NCBI GenBank assembly: GCA_963720545.1
Contig: OY970399.1
Coordinates: 2,144,001 to 2,208,000 of the forward strand
Length of the DNA: 64,000 nucleotides
DNA from: an uncultured Acidobacteriota bacterium
Lineage (GTDB): Bacteria > Acidobacteriota > Vicinamibacteria > Fen-336
Reading direction: 5' to 3'
Position numbers and translations under genes: made by a program. The notes beneath the pieces are model-generated. The model was not told the origin of the DNA, searched no databases, and saw only the letters and a program-made list of their open reading frames with translations. Of this stretch, positions 26,856 to 35,093 are shown one piece after another. How positions within the stretch are numbered: position 1 is the stretch's first letter; every line of letters starts with the position of its first letter.

Positions 26856-28798
26856 GGCTGACGCCGCGCACCGCCGCCGCGGCTGCGTTCGCGGCGGTTG
26901 CCTGCGACCTGCTCGTCGCCATCGTCAGCGGCGGCGCCGGCATCTTCATCCCCGGCGCGATGGGGCGCGCCGGCTTCGCGCTGCGCCTTCTGCTCCTCGG
27001 CGCCCTCGGCGCCAGCTTGTGGTTTCGCTCGCGCGCCACCTTGGTGCTTGGCCTGTGCATGCTGCCATCGCTCTACCAGTTCCAGTACGCCGGCGGGCGC
27101 ATCAACGGCGACGGCATCATGTACTACCCGTACGTGCGCTCGTTGTGGAAAGACTTCGACCTCGACTTCACCAACGAGTACGAACACTACGGCCTGCTCG
27201 AGCGCGGCGACCTGCGGGTGCCGACGAAGACCGGGCTGCGCCGTTCGATCTTTTCGATCGGCCCGGCGCTCGTGTGGTCGCCGTTCTTCCTTGCCGGCGA
27301 GGCGGTCGCGCGGGTGCAGGCCACCGGCGGGGCGCCGGTGGACCTTTCCGGCTATGGCCCGCATCACCGCAACGCGGTCGCGCTGGGCAGCTTCGCGCTC
27401 GGCTTCGCGGCGCTGCTCCTGATCCGCGCAACGCTGCAGCGGCACTTCACGGCCGGCATCGCGCTCGGCACGACGGTGCTCGTGTGGGGCGCCACCTTCC
27501 TGCACTGGTACATGGTGCAGCAGCCGACCATGTCGCACGCGCCCTCGGCATTCGCGGCCAGCCTCGTCATCTTCCTATGGGACCGCGACAAGAGTGAGCG
27601 TTCTGGTGCGCGCTGGCTGTGGCTCGGCCTGGCACTCGGCCTCGCCATGTGCATCCGCTGGCAGAACGGCGTGCTGCTGATCCTGCCTGCCATCGACCTC
27701 GCCTCTGCCGCGTGTCGCAAGCAGCGCTCGTGGCAGGAGCTGTGCGCTGCGAGCGTCCTGCTTGTGGCCGGCGTGCTGGTCGCGGCGTTTCCGCAACTGG
27801 CCGCGTGGCACACGCTCTACGGCGAGTGGCTGCTGCGCAACCCGCCGCACGGGCCCGACTTCCTGCGCCTCACGCATCCTTTCTTCTGGGAGACGCTCTT
27901 TTCCTCGCGGCATGGCTTGTTGTCGTGGACGCCCGTCTTCTGGGCCGGCTACCTCGGCATGGCTCTCCTCTTGGGGCAGCGCAACCGCACCGCGGTGGTC
28001 CTGGCCGTGCCCCTCGTTCTGATGACGTACGTCAATTTCTGCTCCGGCGACTGGTGGGCGGGCGGGTCGTTTTCAAACCGCCGCTTCGACAGCCTGCTGC
28101 CGATCCTCGCCTTCGGCATCGCCGCGGCGGCGGCCTTTGCGGTGCGTGCCATCCGGCGCCGGCCGTCCCTTGCGGCGGCGGCCGTGGCGGTCGCGGCCGT
28201 CGCGTGGAACGGCGCGCTGATGGCGCAGGTGCGGCGCGGGCTGGTGCCGCGCGACGACACCGTCTCTTTCGCGAACCTCGCCGGTGGCTCGGCCGAGGCA
28301 GTCGAAGACGCTGTCGGTTTCCCCACGACCTGGCCCGCGAGCTGGCTGTTCGCCGCGCGGCACGATGTCCCGCCCGGCCAGTTCGACGCGGTCGTAGGCA
28401 AGTACATGTTCTACCGCCAGGGCAACCTCGAGGGCCGCGTCGAGGTGGGCGGCGAGGCGCATCGCGGCCTGCTCGACAGCGGCTTCGCGCGGAGCGAAGC
28501 GCGCGACGGCCGCGCCTGCCGCCGCCTGCTACGCGACGGCCGCATCTTTACACCTCTCGATGTTGCCGAAGGGTTCGACGTGGTGCTGAACGTCCACGCC
28601 GAGGCGGCGGGCAGCCTCGCGGTGGCGGTGAACGGCCAGCCCGCCGGCAGCGCCTTGCTCACGCCGGGCTGGAACTCTCCGGCCGTGGCCGCGCCCGCGA
28701 CGCTGTTTCGCGACGGCGTCAACGAGGTCACGCTCGGCAGCGACGCGCAGCAGGCGTGTGTCGCCTCTCTCGAGCTGCGCCGGGTGCAGCCGCGATGA
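26852..28798 (+). CDS. GT-C-like integral membrane glycosyltransferase with C-terminal beta domain, paralog 2
   Basis: GDGIMYYPYVRSL..D.DL.FTNEY, FSIGPAL.W.PF, RWQN, RHGL..WTP, DWWAGGSFSNRRFDS. Confidence 0.72.
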   Translation: MRLTPRTAAAAAFAAVACDLLVAIVSGGAGIFIPGAMGRAGFALRLLLLGALGASLWFRSRATLVLGLCMLPSLYQFQYAGGRINGDGIMYYPYVRSLWKDFDLDFTNEYEHYGLLERGDLRVPTKTGLRRSIFSIGPALVWSPFFLAGEAVARVQATGGAPVDLSGYGPHHRNAVALGSFALGFAALLLIRATLQRHFTAGIALGTTVLVWGATFLHWYMVQQPTMSHAPSAFAASLVIFLWDRDKSERSGARWLWLGLALGLAMCIRWQNGVLLILPAIDLASAACRKQRSWQELCAASVLLVAGVLVAAFPQLAAWHTLYGEWLLRNPPHGPDFLRLTHPFFWETLFSSRHGLLSWTPVFWAGYLGMALLLGQRNRTAVVLAVPLVLMTYVNFCSGDWWAGGSFSNRRFDSLLPILAFGIAAAAAFAVRAIRRRPSLAAAAVAVAAVAWNGALMAQVRRGLVPRDDTVSFANLAGGSAEAVEDAVGFPTTWPASWLFAARHDVPPGQFDAVVGKYMFYRQGNLEGRVEVGGEAHRGLLDSGFARSEARDGRACRRLLRDGRIFTPLDVAEGFDVVLNVHAEAAGSLAVAVNGQPAGSALLTPGWNSPAVAAPATLFRDGVNEVTLGSDAQQACVASLELRRVQPR

Positions 28799-30117
28799 CG
28801 ATGAAGGCGATCGTGATCGGCGCAGGTCCGGCCGGCCTCAAGGCGGCGAACGTGCTGGCGCGCGGCGGCGCCGCGGTGACGCTGCTCGAGGCCAGCGGCG
28901 TGGTCGGCGGACTCGCGAGCTCCTTCGATGCCGGCGGGGTGCGCGTCGAGCGCTACTACCACTTCATCTGCAAAGGGGACAACGACCTCGTCACGACACT
29001 CGGCGAGCTGTCGTTGTCGCATCTGCTTCGCTGGCGCGACTCGCGCATGGCCTACTTCGTGGACGGCGAGCTCTACCCGTTCCTCACCCCCATCGACCTG
29101 CTGCGCTTCAAGCCGCTCGCGCTGCGCGACCGGTTCCGCGCCGGCCTCGCGCTGCAGCGCGGCCAGCGCATGAAGGAGGCGGAGCTGGCACCGCTCTTCG
29201 CCGTCGACTGGCTGAAGAGCAACTTCGGGGCGGCCGCCTACGACGTCATCTGGGACCCGCTCATGAAGTTCAAGTTTGCCGAGCACGCGCCGCGCATCAG
29301 CGCGGCCTGGATCTGGGCGCGCATGGAGCGCCTGTCGCGCTCGCGCACCTCGCCATGGCGCGAGGAACTCGGCTATGTCGAGGGCGGCAGCCGCGTGGTG
29401 CTCGAAGCGCTCGCCCGCGACCTCGAGGCGCGCGGCGGGCGCATCGTCCTGAATGCCGACGTCGAGGCGATCCTCGGCACCCCCGATGCGGCCGACGGCG
29501 CGCGCGTCAACGGCGAGAACCTCGCGGCCGACGTCGTCGTGTCCACCGTGACCACCTCGCGCTTCCTCAAGATGACGCCGTGGCTCGACGGCCCGTACGT
29601 CGAAGGCGTGCGGCGGATTCCGACGATCGGCATCTTCTGCCTGTTCCTGCGGCTCGCGCGCCGCACCACTCCCTTCTTCTGGGTCAACACCAACGACATC
29701 CGGGTGCCGTTCGCCGGCATGATCGAGTACACGAACCTCAACCCGATGCCGGAGCTGGGCGGCGACCACGTCCTGTACGTGCCGCAATATCTCTCCGCCG
29801 ACGATCCGCGCTACGCGCAGACGGACGAGCAGGTGCTGCGCGCCTACACCGACGCGTTGACGCTCATCGATCCCGCCTTCGACCGGCGCCAGGTGCGCTT
29901 CAGCGCCGTGTTTCGTGACCGCTTCGCGCAGCCCATCTGCCTCACCGACTACCGCACCGCGACGCCTGGCATCGACACACCGGTGCCGAACCTCTACCTC
30001 ACGGACTCCTGCCAGCTGCATCCGCACGACCGCTCGATCAGCGGCGCCCTGGGGCTCGGCCGGCAGGCGGCGGAGCACGCACTGGCGCGCCGCGGCGGAG
30101 CGGGCGCGGCGCCATGA
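28795..30117 (+). CDS. FAD-dependent oxidoreductase (amine oxidase/HemY/pyranose-mutase superfamily)
   Basis: VIGAGPAG, E....GGLA, ERYYHFIC, LGYVEGG, HPHDRS. Confidence 0.85.
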   Translation: MTMKAIVIGAGPAGLKAANVLARGGAAVTLLEASGVVGGLASSFDAGGVRVERYYHFICKGDNDLVTTLGELSLSHLLRWRDSRMAYFVDGELYPFLTPIDLLRFKPLALRDRFRAGLALQRGQRMKEAELAPLFAVDWLKSNFGAAAYDVIWDPLMKFKFAEHAPRISAAWIWARMERLSRSRTSPWREELGYVEGGSRVVLEALARDLEARGGRIVLNADVEAILGTPDAADGARVNGENLAADVVVSTVTTSRFLKMTPWLDGPYVEGVRRIPTIGIFCLFLRLARRTTPFFWVNTNDIRVPFAGMIEYTNLNPMPELGGDHVLYVPQYLSADDPRYAQTDEQVLRAYTDALTLIDPAFDRRQVRFSAVFRDRFAQPICLTDYRTATPGIDTPVPNLYLTDSCQLHPHDRSISGALGLGRQAAEHALARRGGAGAAP

Positions 30118-31883
30118 GGCTCTTCGGCCTGCACGATCGCCTCGGCGTGGCGCTGTTGCTGCTGGTGCTGCTGCCGTCGCTGTGGCTTTCGTGGCACGCA
30201 CCGGTGCCGCGCCTCGATGCCGACGCGGTCGAGTACTACGCGCACCTGCGCTCGCTCTACTTCGATCACGACGTCTCGTTCGCCAACGAGTTCGCGCACT
30301 TCGGCATCGACCAGCGCTGGGACAAGCAGAACCCGACCGTCACCGGCTATCGCCGCACCAACTTCTCGGTGGGACCCGCGCTCTTCTGGATGCCGTTCTA
30401 CGCGGCTGCCGATGGGCTCGCGCGCTGGCGCGGCGACGTCCAGGAAGGCTACTCGCCGCTGCACATCCGCGCGGTGTGCCTGGCGAGCCTCTGGTACGCG
30501 GTCCTGGGCCTGATGCTCACCTTCGGCTGGGCGCGGCAGCTGTTCGATGCGAAGGCGGCGTTCTGGACCGCGCTCATCGTCTTCTACGGGACCGCCGTCG
30601 CCTGGTACGCGATCTACGAGGCCACCGTCAGCCACGCCATCAGCTTCGCCATCGCGGCCGTGTGCCTGCGCCTGTGGTGGGACGGGTGCTTTTCCCTGCC
30701 GCCGGCGCGCGCGGTGCTGCTCGGCATCGCGATCGGCCTCGCCGCCGACGTCCGCTGGCAGAACGCCGTCTTCCTGTTGCTGCCCGCATACACGGTGCTG
30801 TCTGGTACGCGGCGCGCTCCGTTCGCCGCATGCAAAAGTGCCGTCCTGGTGGGCGCCGGCTTCTTCCTCGGCGTCCTGCCGCAACTCATCGTGTTCAAGT
30901 CGATCTTCGGCGCGTACCTGCTTGCCTATCCCGTGCAGGGCACCGACTACCTGCGGCTCTCGCACCCGCGCCTCCTGGAGACGTTCTTCTCCTCCCGCCA
31001 CGGCCTCTTCTTCTGGACGCCGGTCCTCTGGCTGTCGTTTCTCGGCATCGCGGCGCTCGCATGGCGCCGGCGCGGCGCCTGGCTGCCGCTCCTCGCCGTA
31101 CTCGCCTTGATGACCTGGGTGAACGCAGCGTCCGCCGACTGGTGGGCGGGCGGGTCGTTTTCCAATCGCCGCTTCGATTCGGTGATGCCGCTCCTGGCCC
31201 TCGGCCTGGCCGCCTGCCTCGAGCAGCTCGTGCGCTGGGCTGCGGCCCATCCGGCGCGCGTCGTCGCGGCTACGGCGGCGCTTGCCTGCGCCTGGAACCT
31301 GCTCTTCATGGAGAACTACCGGCGCGGCGCGGTGCCACGCGACGACACGGTGTCCTTCGCCGCGGTGACCCGGGCCAACGCCGGCCTCTTCGCCAGCTGG
31401 TTCGGCGCGCCTTCGGCCTGGCCGGCGAACTGGCTGTTCGCCGCGCGCACCGGCCTGCCGAGCGCGAAATACGACGAGATGGTTGGCAAGTACCTGTTCT
31501 TCCGCCAGGAGAGCCTCGGCGGCATCGTCGACCTGGGCGAACCGCGAGCCGATCCGGCTCTCGTCGGCGACGGCTTCCTGGAGCCGCAGCGCGAGAACGG
31601 CGTGTCGTGCCGCTGCGTCGATGGCAGCGCGCGCCTGTTCGCTTCGCTCGACCTGCCCGAGGACTTGCGGGTCGCCATCCACGCCAAAGGCAGCGGCCGC
31701 CTGTTCTTCGCGGCGAATGGCCAGGATGCCGGGTCGGTGCCGCTTGGCGACGCGTTCGCGGCGCAGGAACTGGCACTCGGAGCGGCCGCGCTGCGCCCCC
31801 AGCTCAACGAGTTCACGCTGCGCACCAGCGCCGGCGGCAGCGCGTGCGTCGACAAGCTGGTGTTCACGCGCGTGCGCCGGTGA
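30114..31883 (+). CDS. GT-C-like integral membrane glycosyltransferase with C-terminal beta domain, paralog 3
   Basis: ADAVEYYAHLRSL..D.DV.FANEF, FSVGPAL.W.PF, RWQN, RHGL..WTP, DWWAGGSFSNRRFDS. Confidence 0.72.
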   Translation: MRLFGLHDRLGVALLLLVLLPSLWLSWHAPVPRLDADAVEYYAHLRSLYFDHDVSFANEFAHFGIDQRWDKQNPTVTGYRRTNFSVGPALFWMPFYAAADGLARWRGDVQEGYSPLHIRAVCLASLWYAVLGLMLTFGWARQLFDAKAAFWTALIVFYGTAVAWYAIYEATVSHAISFAIAAVCLRLWWDGCFSLPPARAVLLGIAIGLAADVRWQNAVFLLLPAYTVLSGTRRAPFAACKSAVLVGAGFFLGVLPQLIVFKSIFGAYLLAYPVQGTDYLRLSHPRLLETFFSSRHGLFFWTPVLWLSFLGIAALAWRRRGAWLPLLAVLALMTWVNAASADWWAGGSFSNRRFDSVMPLLALGLAACLEQLVRWAAAHPARVVAATAALACAWNLLFMENYRRGAVPRDDTVSFAAVTRANAGLFASWFGAPSAWPANWLFAARTGLPSAKYDEMVGKYLFFRQESLGGIVDLGEPRADPALVGDGFLEPQRENGVSCRCVDGSARLFASLDLPEDLRVAIHAKGSGRLFFAANGQDAGSVPLGDAFAAQELALGAAALRPQLNEFTLRTSAGGSACVDKLVFTRVRR

Positions 31884-32659
31884 AGAGCGAGGAATACGCG
31901 CGCATGTTCGCCGCCGAGGAGCGCCAGTGGTGGTATGCCGGCATGCGCGAGATCGCGTTCGCGCTGCTGCGCTCGGCGCAATTCGCACCCGACGTGAACG
32001 CCCGGGTGCTCGACGCAGGCTGCGGCACCGGCAACAACCTCATCCACATGCGGCGCTTCGGCCGCACCATCGGCGTCGACCTGTCGGAAGACGCGATCGC
32101 CCATTGCCGCGCGCGCCGCGTGCCGGCGATACGCGGCAGCGTGCTGTCGCTGCCCATCCGCAACGCGCGCGTGGCGCTCGCCACGTCCTTCGACGTCCTC
32201 TATCACGCGTGGGTCACGAGCGACCGCGACGCCGTTGCCGAGATGGCGCGGGTGGTGAAGCCCGGCGGCTTCGTGCTGGTGCGGGTGCCGGCGCTGCGGA
32301 TGCTCTGGGGCGCGCACGACGAAGCCGTGCTTTCGCGGCATCGCTACACCAGGGGCGAGCTGACCGCGCTGCTGCGCTCCGCCGGGCTCGAGGTGGTGCG
32401 CGCGACCTACGCGAACACGCTGCTCTTGCCGCTGCTCCTCGCCCGCCGGCTGCTCGACCGCCTGCTGGGCCGCCACGGCTCCGACGTCTCCTTCCTGCCC
32501 GCGCCGCTCGAATGGACGTTCCTGCGGCTGCTGCGGATGGAAGCGTGGCTCGTGGGGCTTGGCGTCAGCCTGCCGATCGGCGCGAGCGTCCTGGCGTTGG
32601 CGCGCAAGCCCGGCAAGCAGCGTCGCAAGGCCGAAAGCGGCCCGCAGGTACTGCACTAG
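31880..32659 (+). CDS. Class I SAM-dependent methyltransferase
   Basis: EERQWWY, VLDAGCGTG, FDVLYH, LWGAHDE...HRY. Confidence 0.9.
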   Translation: MKSEEYARMFAAEERQWWYAGMREIAFALLRSAQFAPDVNARVLDAGCGTGNNLIHMRRFGRTIGVDLSEDAIAHCRARRVPAIRGSVLSLPIRNARVALATSFDVLYHAWVTSDRDAVAEMARVVKPGGFVLVRVPALRMLWGAHDEAVLSRHRYTRGELTALLRSAGLEVVRATYANTLLLPLLLARRLLDRLLGRHGSDVSFLPAPLEWTFLRLLRMEAWLVGLGVSLPIGASVLALARKPGKQRRKAESGPQVLH

Positions 32660-32662
32660 CAA

Positions 32663-32679
32663 GCGCCGCGGCGCGGCGC
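32663..32679. terminator. GC hairpin between convergent genes
   Basis: GCGCCGCG-G-CGCGGCGC inverted repeat; no U-tract. Confidence 0.3.
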
Positions 32680-32689
32680 GTCCTGCCTG

Positions 32690-35032
32690 CTACAAGCGGA
32701 AGAGGTAGCTGAACTTCACGAAGAAGCCGTCCTGGGTGCGGCGCAGGCCACGGAAGGCGAACAGGTCCGCGTCCGACACGGAGCTGCCGTAGCCCGCGAA
32801 GAACACCGTGCCCGGCGTCGGCTGCCAGGCGAAGAGCGCATCGATCCGCAGGTCGTTGGCGCTCTTGCCGAGCGCCGCATCGTAGCCGCCGGCAGCGTTG
32901 CGGATGAGGATCGGCCGCTCGGTGCGCGTGACGTCGCGCAAGTCGTCCTGGTAGTCGGCGACGTATTCGGCGACCACGCGGCCGAAGATCGCGCGCGTCG
33001 CCTGGTATTCGATCTTGAGGCGCGGGATGTGGCGCCTGGTGACCACCGAGCCGTCGGTGCGGCGGTTCACCTGCTGCAGGTTGTAGAGCAGGTTGGCGCG
33101 CAACTGTTCGGTCGGCCGCCAGTTGAGGTCGACCGTGAGATACGCGATCTTGCCGCTCGCCCACTCGGAGAAGTTCTCGTCGCGCCCCCAGACGGCGCTC
33201 ACTTCGGCGTCGAAGCGCTTGAACTGCGGCGTCGAGAAGCTCGCCACCCAGTCGAGGTTCGGTATGCGCGGCGTGCCGACGAACGGCAGGATCTCGCCGG
33301 GACGGTCGCCGGCAATCGCGTAGTCCGTGTAGAGCGAGGGGTCGTAGCCGAAGGTCTCGACCAGGATCGAGCCGCCGACCTTCCAGCCGCCGCGCAGCGT
33401 CGCGTTGTTGTTGAAGTGCAGCTTGCGGTCCTGCACGCCGCCCGCGCCGAAGAAGGCGTCGTACTGCCAGGTGCCGTCCAGCACCAGGTCGCTGTTCAGC
33501 ACCTCGAGGAACGAGCCTTCGCGGCCGAAGAAGCTGACGCGCTGGTCGGCCAGGGCATGGACGATGCCGGCGCGGCTGATGAAGCCGGCGCGGGCGCGGA
33601 AGTCGTCGTCGATGCCGCTCAGGAGCAGCCGCGTGCCGAGGCGCTTGCCGTTGCGGTTGAAGGTGGCGTTCCACAGCGGCGCTGTCTTCTTGACTCCGGC
33701 GACGAGGTCGCCGGATACGCTGCCCTGCAGGTCGAGGTTGGACGTCTGGCCGAGGGCGATGCGCGCGTCGATGGCGGCCACCCGGTTCCAGTCGCTGCCC
33801 TCGATGCGGTCGGTGTAGACGAGGCCGAGGCGCGAGCGCTGGCCGAGGTCGCGGCGCACGCGCAGCACGTTGTAGACCGGGTGGTCGCTGCCGGTGCGCG
33901 AGACGTTCTCGTCGTCCACCGCCGACAGCAGGCCGACACTCGTGCCGGAGAGAGTGCCCGTGAGCTTGACGGCGGCCAGCGGCGACACCACGCGGCGCGT
34001 GTACACGAGCCGGTTGGGGGTCGCGAACTGCTCGAGGCCGTCGAGGAAGAACGGCCGCTTCTCCTCGAAGAAGAGCGCCTGGCGCGGGTCGTACTGGATC
34101 TGGCTGATGTCCGATTCGACTTGTGAGAAGTCGGGGTTGACGGTGCCGGTGAGCGAGAGGTTCGGCGTCACGCCCCAGCGCACGTTGCCGCCAACTTCCG
34201 GGCGCCGGCCGTGATAGCGCCACGCGTCGTTTCCCGAGCGGATGCCGTCGAGGCGGCCGGTGACTTCCGGGTTGAGGTCGAGCACCAGGCCGGGGTGGAG
34301 GTCGCGCATGCCGGCGATCACGCCGCCCTGGGTGAGGAACGAGGTGGCGGAGCGCCGCGCCGGCGCCCACGAGTCCTCGAAGCCGGAGCTCTGGCTCACC
34401 CGCAGCACGTGCAGTCCCCAGCTCTGCGTGTCGGCCTTCTGGTAGCGCAGGCTCTTGAACGGCACCCTTACTTCGATCTCGTAGCCGGCCGGCGTCAACC
34501 GGCCCTTCGACTGGAACACGAAATCGGGCGCCAGGTTCGGCGTCTCGCGTCCGGTCGCGAGCCCGGAAAACCCGCCGCCCGCGTCGCCGGTGCTGAGTCC
34601 TTCGATGAGCGTGCCGTCCGCTTGCACCCCCAGCGGGTTGACGGTGAGTGCTATCGCCTGGCGGCCGTCGTTGAAGGTCGAGAGCAGGAAGGTCACGGTG
34701 TCCTCGGCATCGAGGTAGTCGCGCTGCGCGAGGCTCGCGCGCACGCTGCCTGGCGCCGCTTGCGCACGCACGCCGAAGTAGATCGCGGTGGGCGAATAGA
34801 AGACGAGCACCTCGGTGCCCTGCTCCGCCGGCCTGCCGTCGTTCGGCGAATACTGCGAGAACTCGGTGAGCCGGGCCGCGGCGGCCCACGCCGCTTCGTC
34901 GAGCTTGCCGTCGATCGCGATTTCGTCCTCGCGGCGCGGCGCCGAGACCTGCAGCTGATCCTGGCGGCCGGCAAAAACCGGCGGCGGCGGTTCGGCCAGC
35001 GAAATCAAGGCGATGAACGCATGCGTGAGCAT
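32690..35032 (-). CDS. CBM9-like plus DUF5916 outer-membrane beta-barrel protein
   Basis: IDGKLDEAAW, EVRVPFKSLRY, TVNPDFSQVESD, FFEEKRPFF; C-terminal FFVKFSYLFRL. Confidence 0.85.
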   Translation of the reverse strand: MLTHAFIALISLAEPPPPVFAGRQDQLQVSAPRREDEIAIDGKLDEAAWAAAARLTEFSQYSPNDGRPAEQGTEVLVFYSPTAIYFGVRAQAAPGSVRASLAQRDYLDAEDTVTFLLSTFNDGRQAIALTVNPLGVQADGTLIEGLSTGDAGGGFSGLATGRETPNLAPDFVFQSKGRLTPAGYEIEVRVPFKSLRYQKADTQSWGLHVLRVSQSSGFEDSWAPARRSATSFLTQGGVIAGMRDLHPGLVLDLNPEVTGRLDGIRSGNDAWRYHGRRPEVGGNVRWGVTPNLSLTGTVNPDFSQVESDISQIQYDPRQALFFEEKRPFFLDGLEQFATPNRLVYTRRVVSPLAAVKLTGTLSGTSVGLLSAVDDENVSRTGSDHPVYNVLRVRRDLGQRSRLGLVYTDRIEGSDWNRVAAIDARIALGQTSNLDLQGSVSGDLVAGVKKTAPLWNATFNRNGKRLGTRLLLSGIDDDFRARAGFISRAGIVHALADQRVSFFGREGSFLEVLNSDLVLDGTWQYDAFFGAGGVQDRKLHFNNNATLRGGWKVGGSILVETFGYDPSLYTDYAIAGDRPGEILPFVGTPRIPNLDWVASFSTPQFKRFDAEVSAVWGRDENFSEWASGKIAYLTVDLNWRPTEQLRANLLYNLQQVNRRTDGSVVTRRHIPRLKIEYQATRAIFGRVVAEYVADYQDDLRDVTRTERPILIRNAAGGYDAALGKSANDLRIDALFAWQPTPGTVFFAGYGSSVSDADLFAFRGLRRTQDGFFVKFSYLFRL

Positions 35033-35093
35033 CGGCCGTCCATGCTACCGCGACGTGCGTGCTACGCTCCGTCGCCACGGAGGCGCGATCTTC

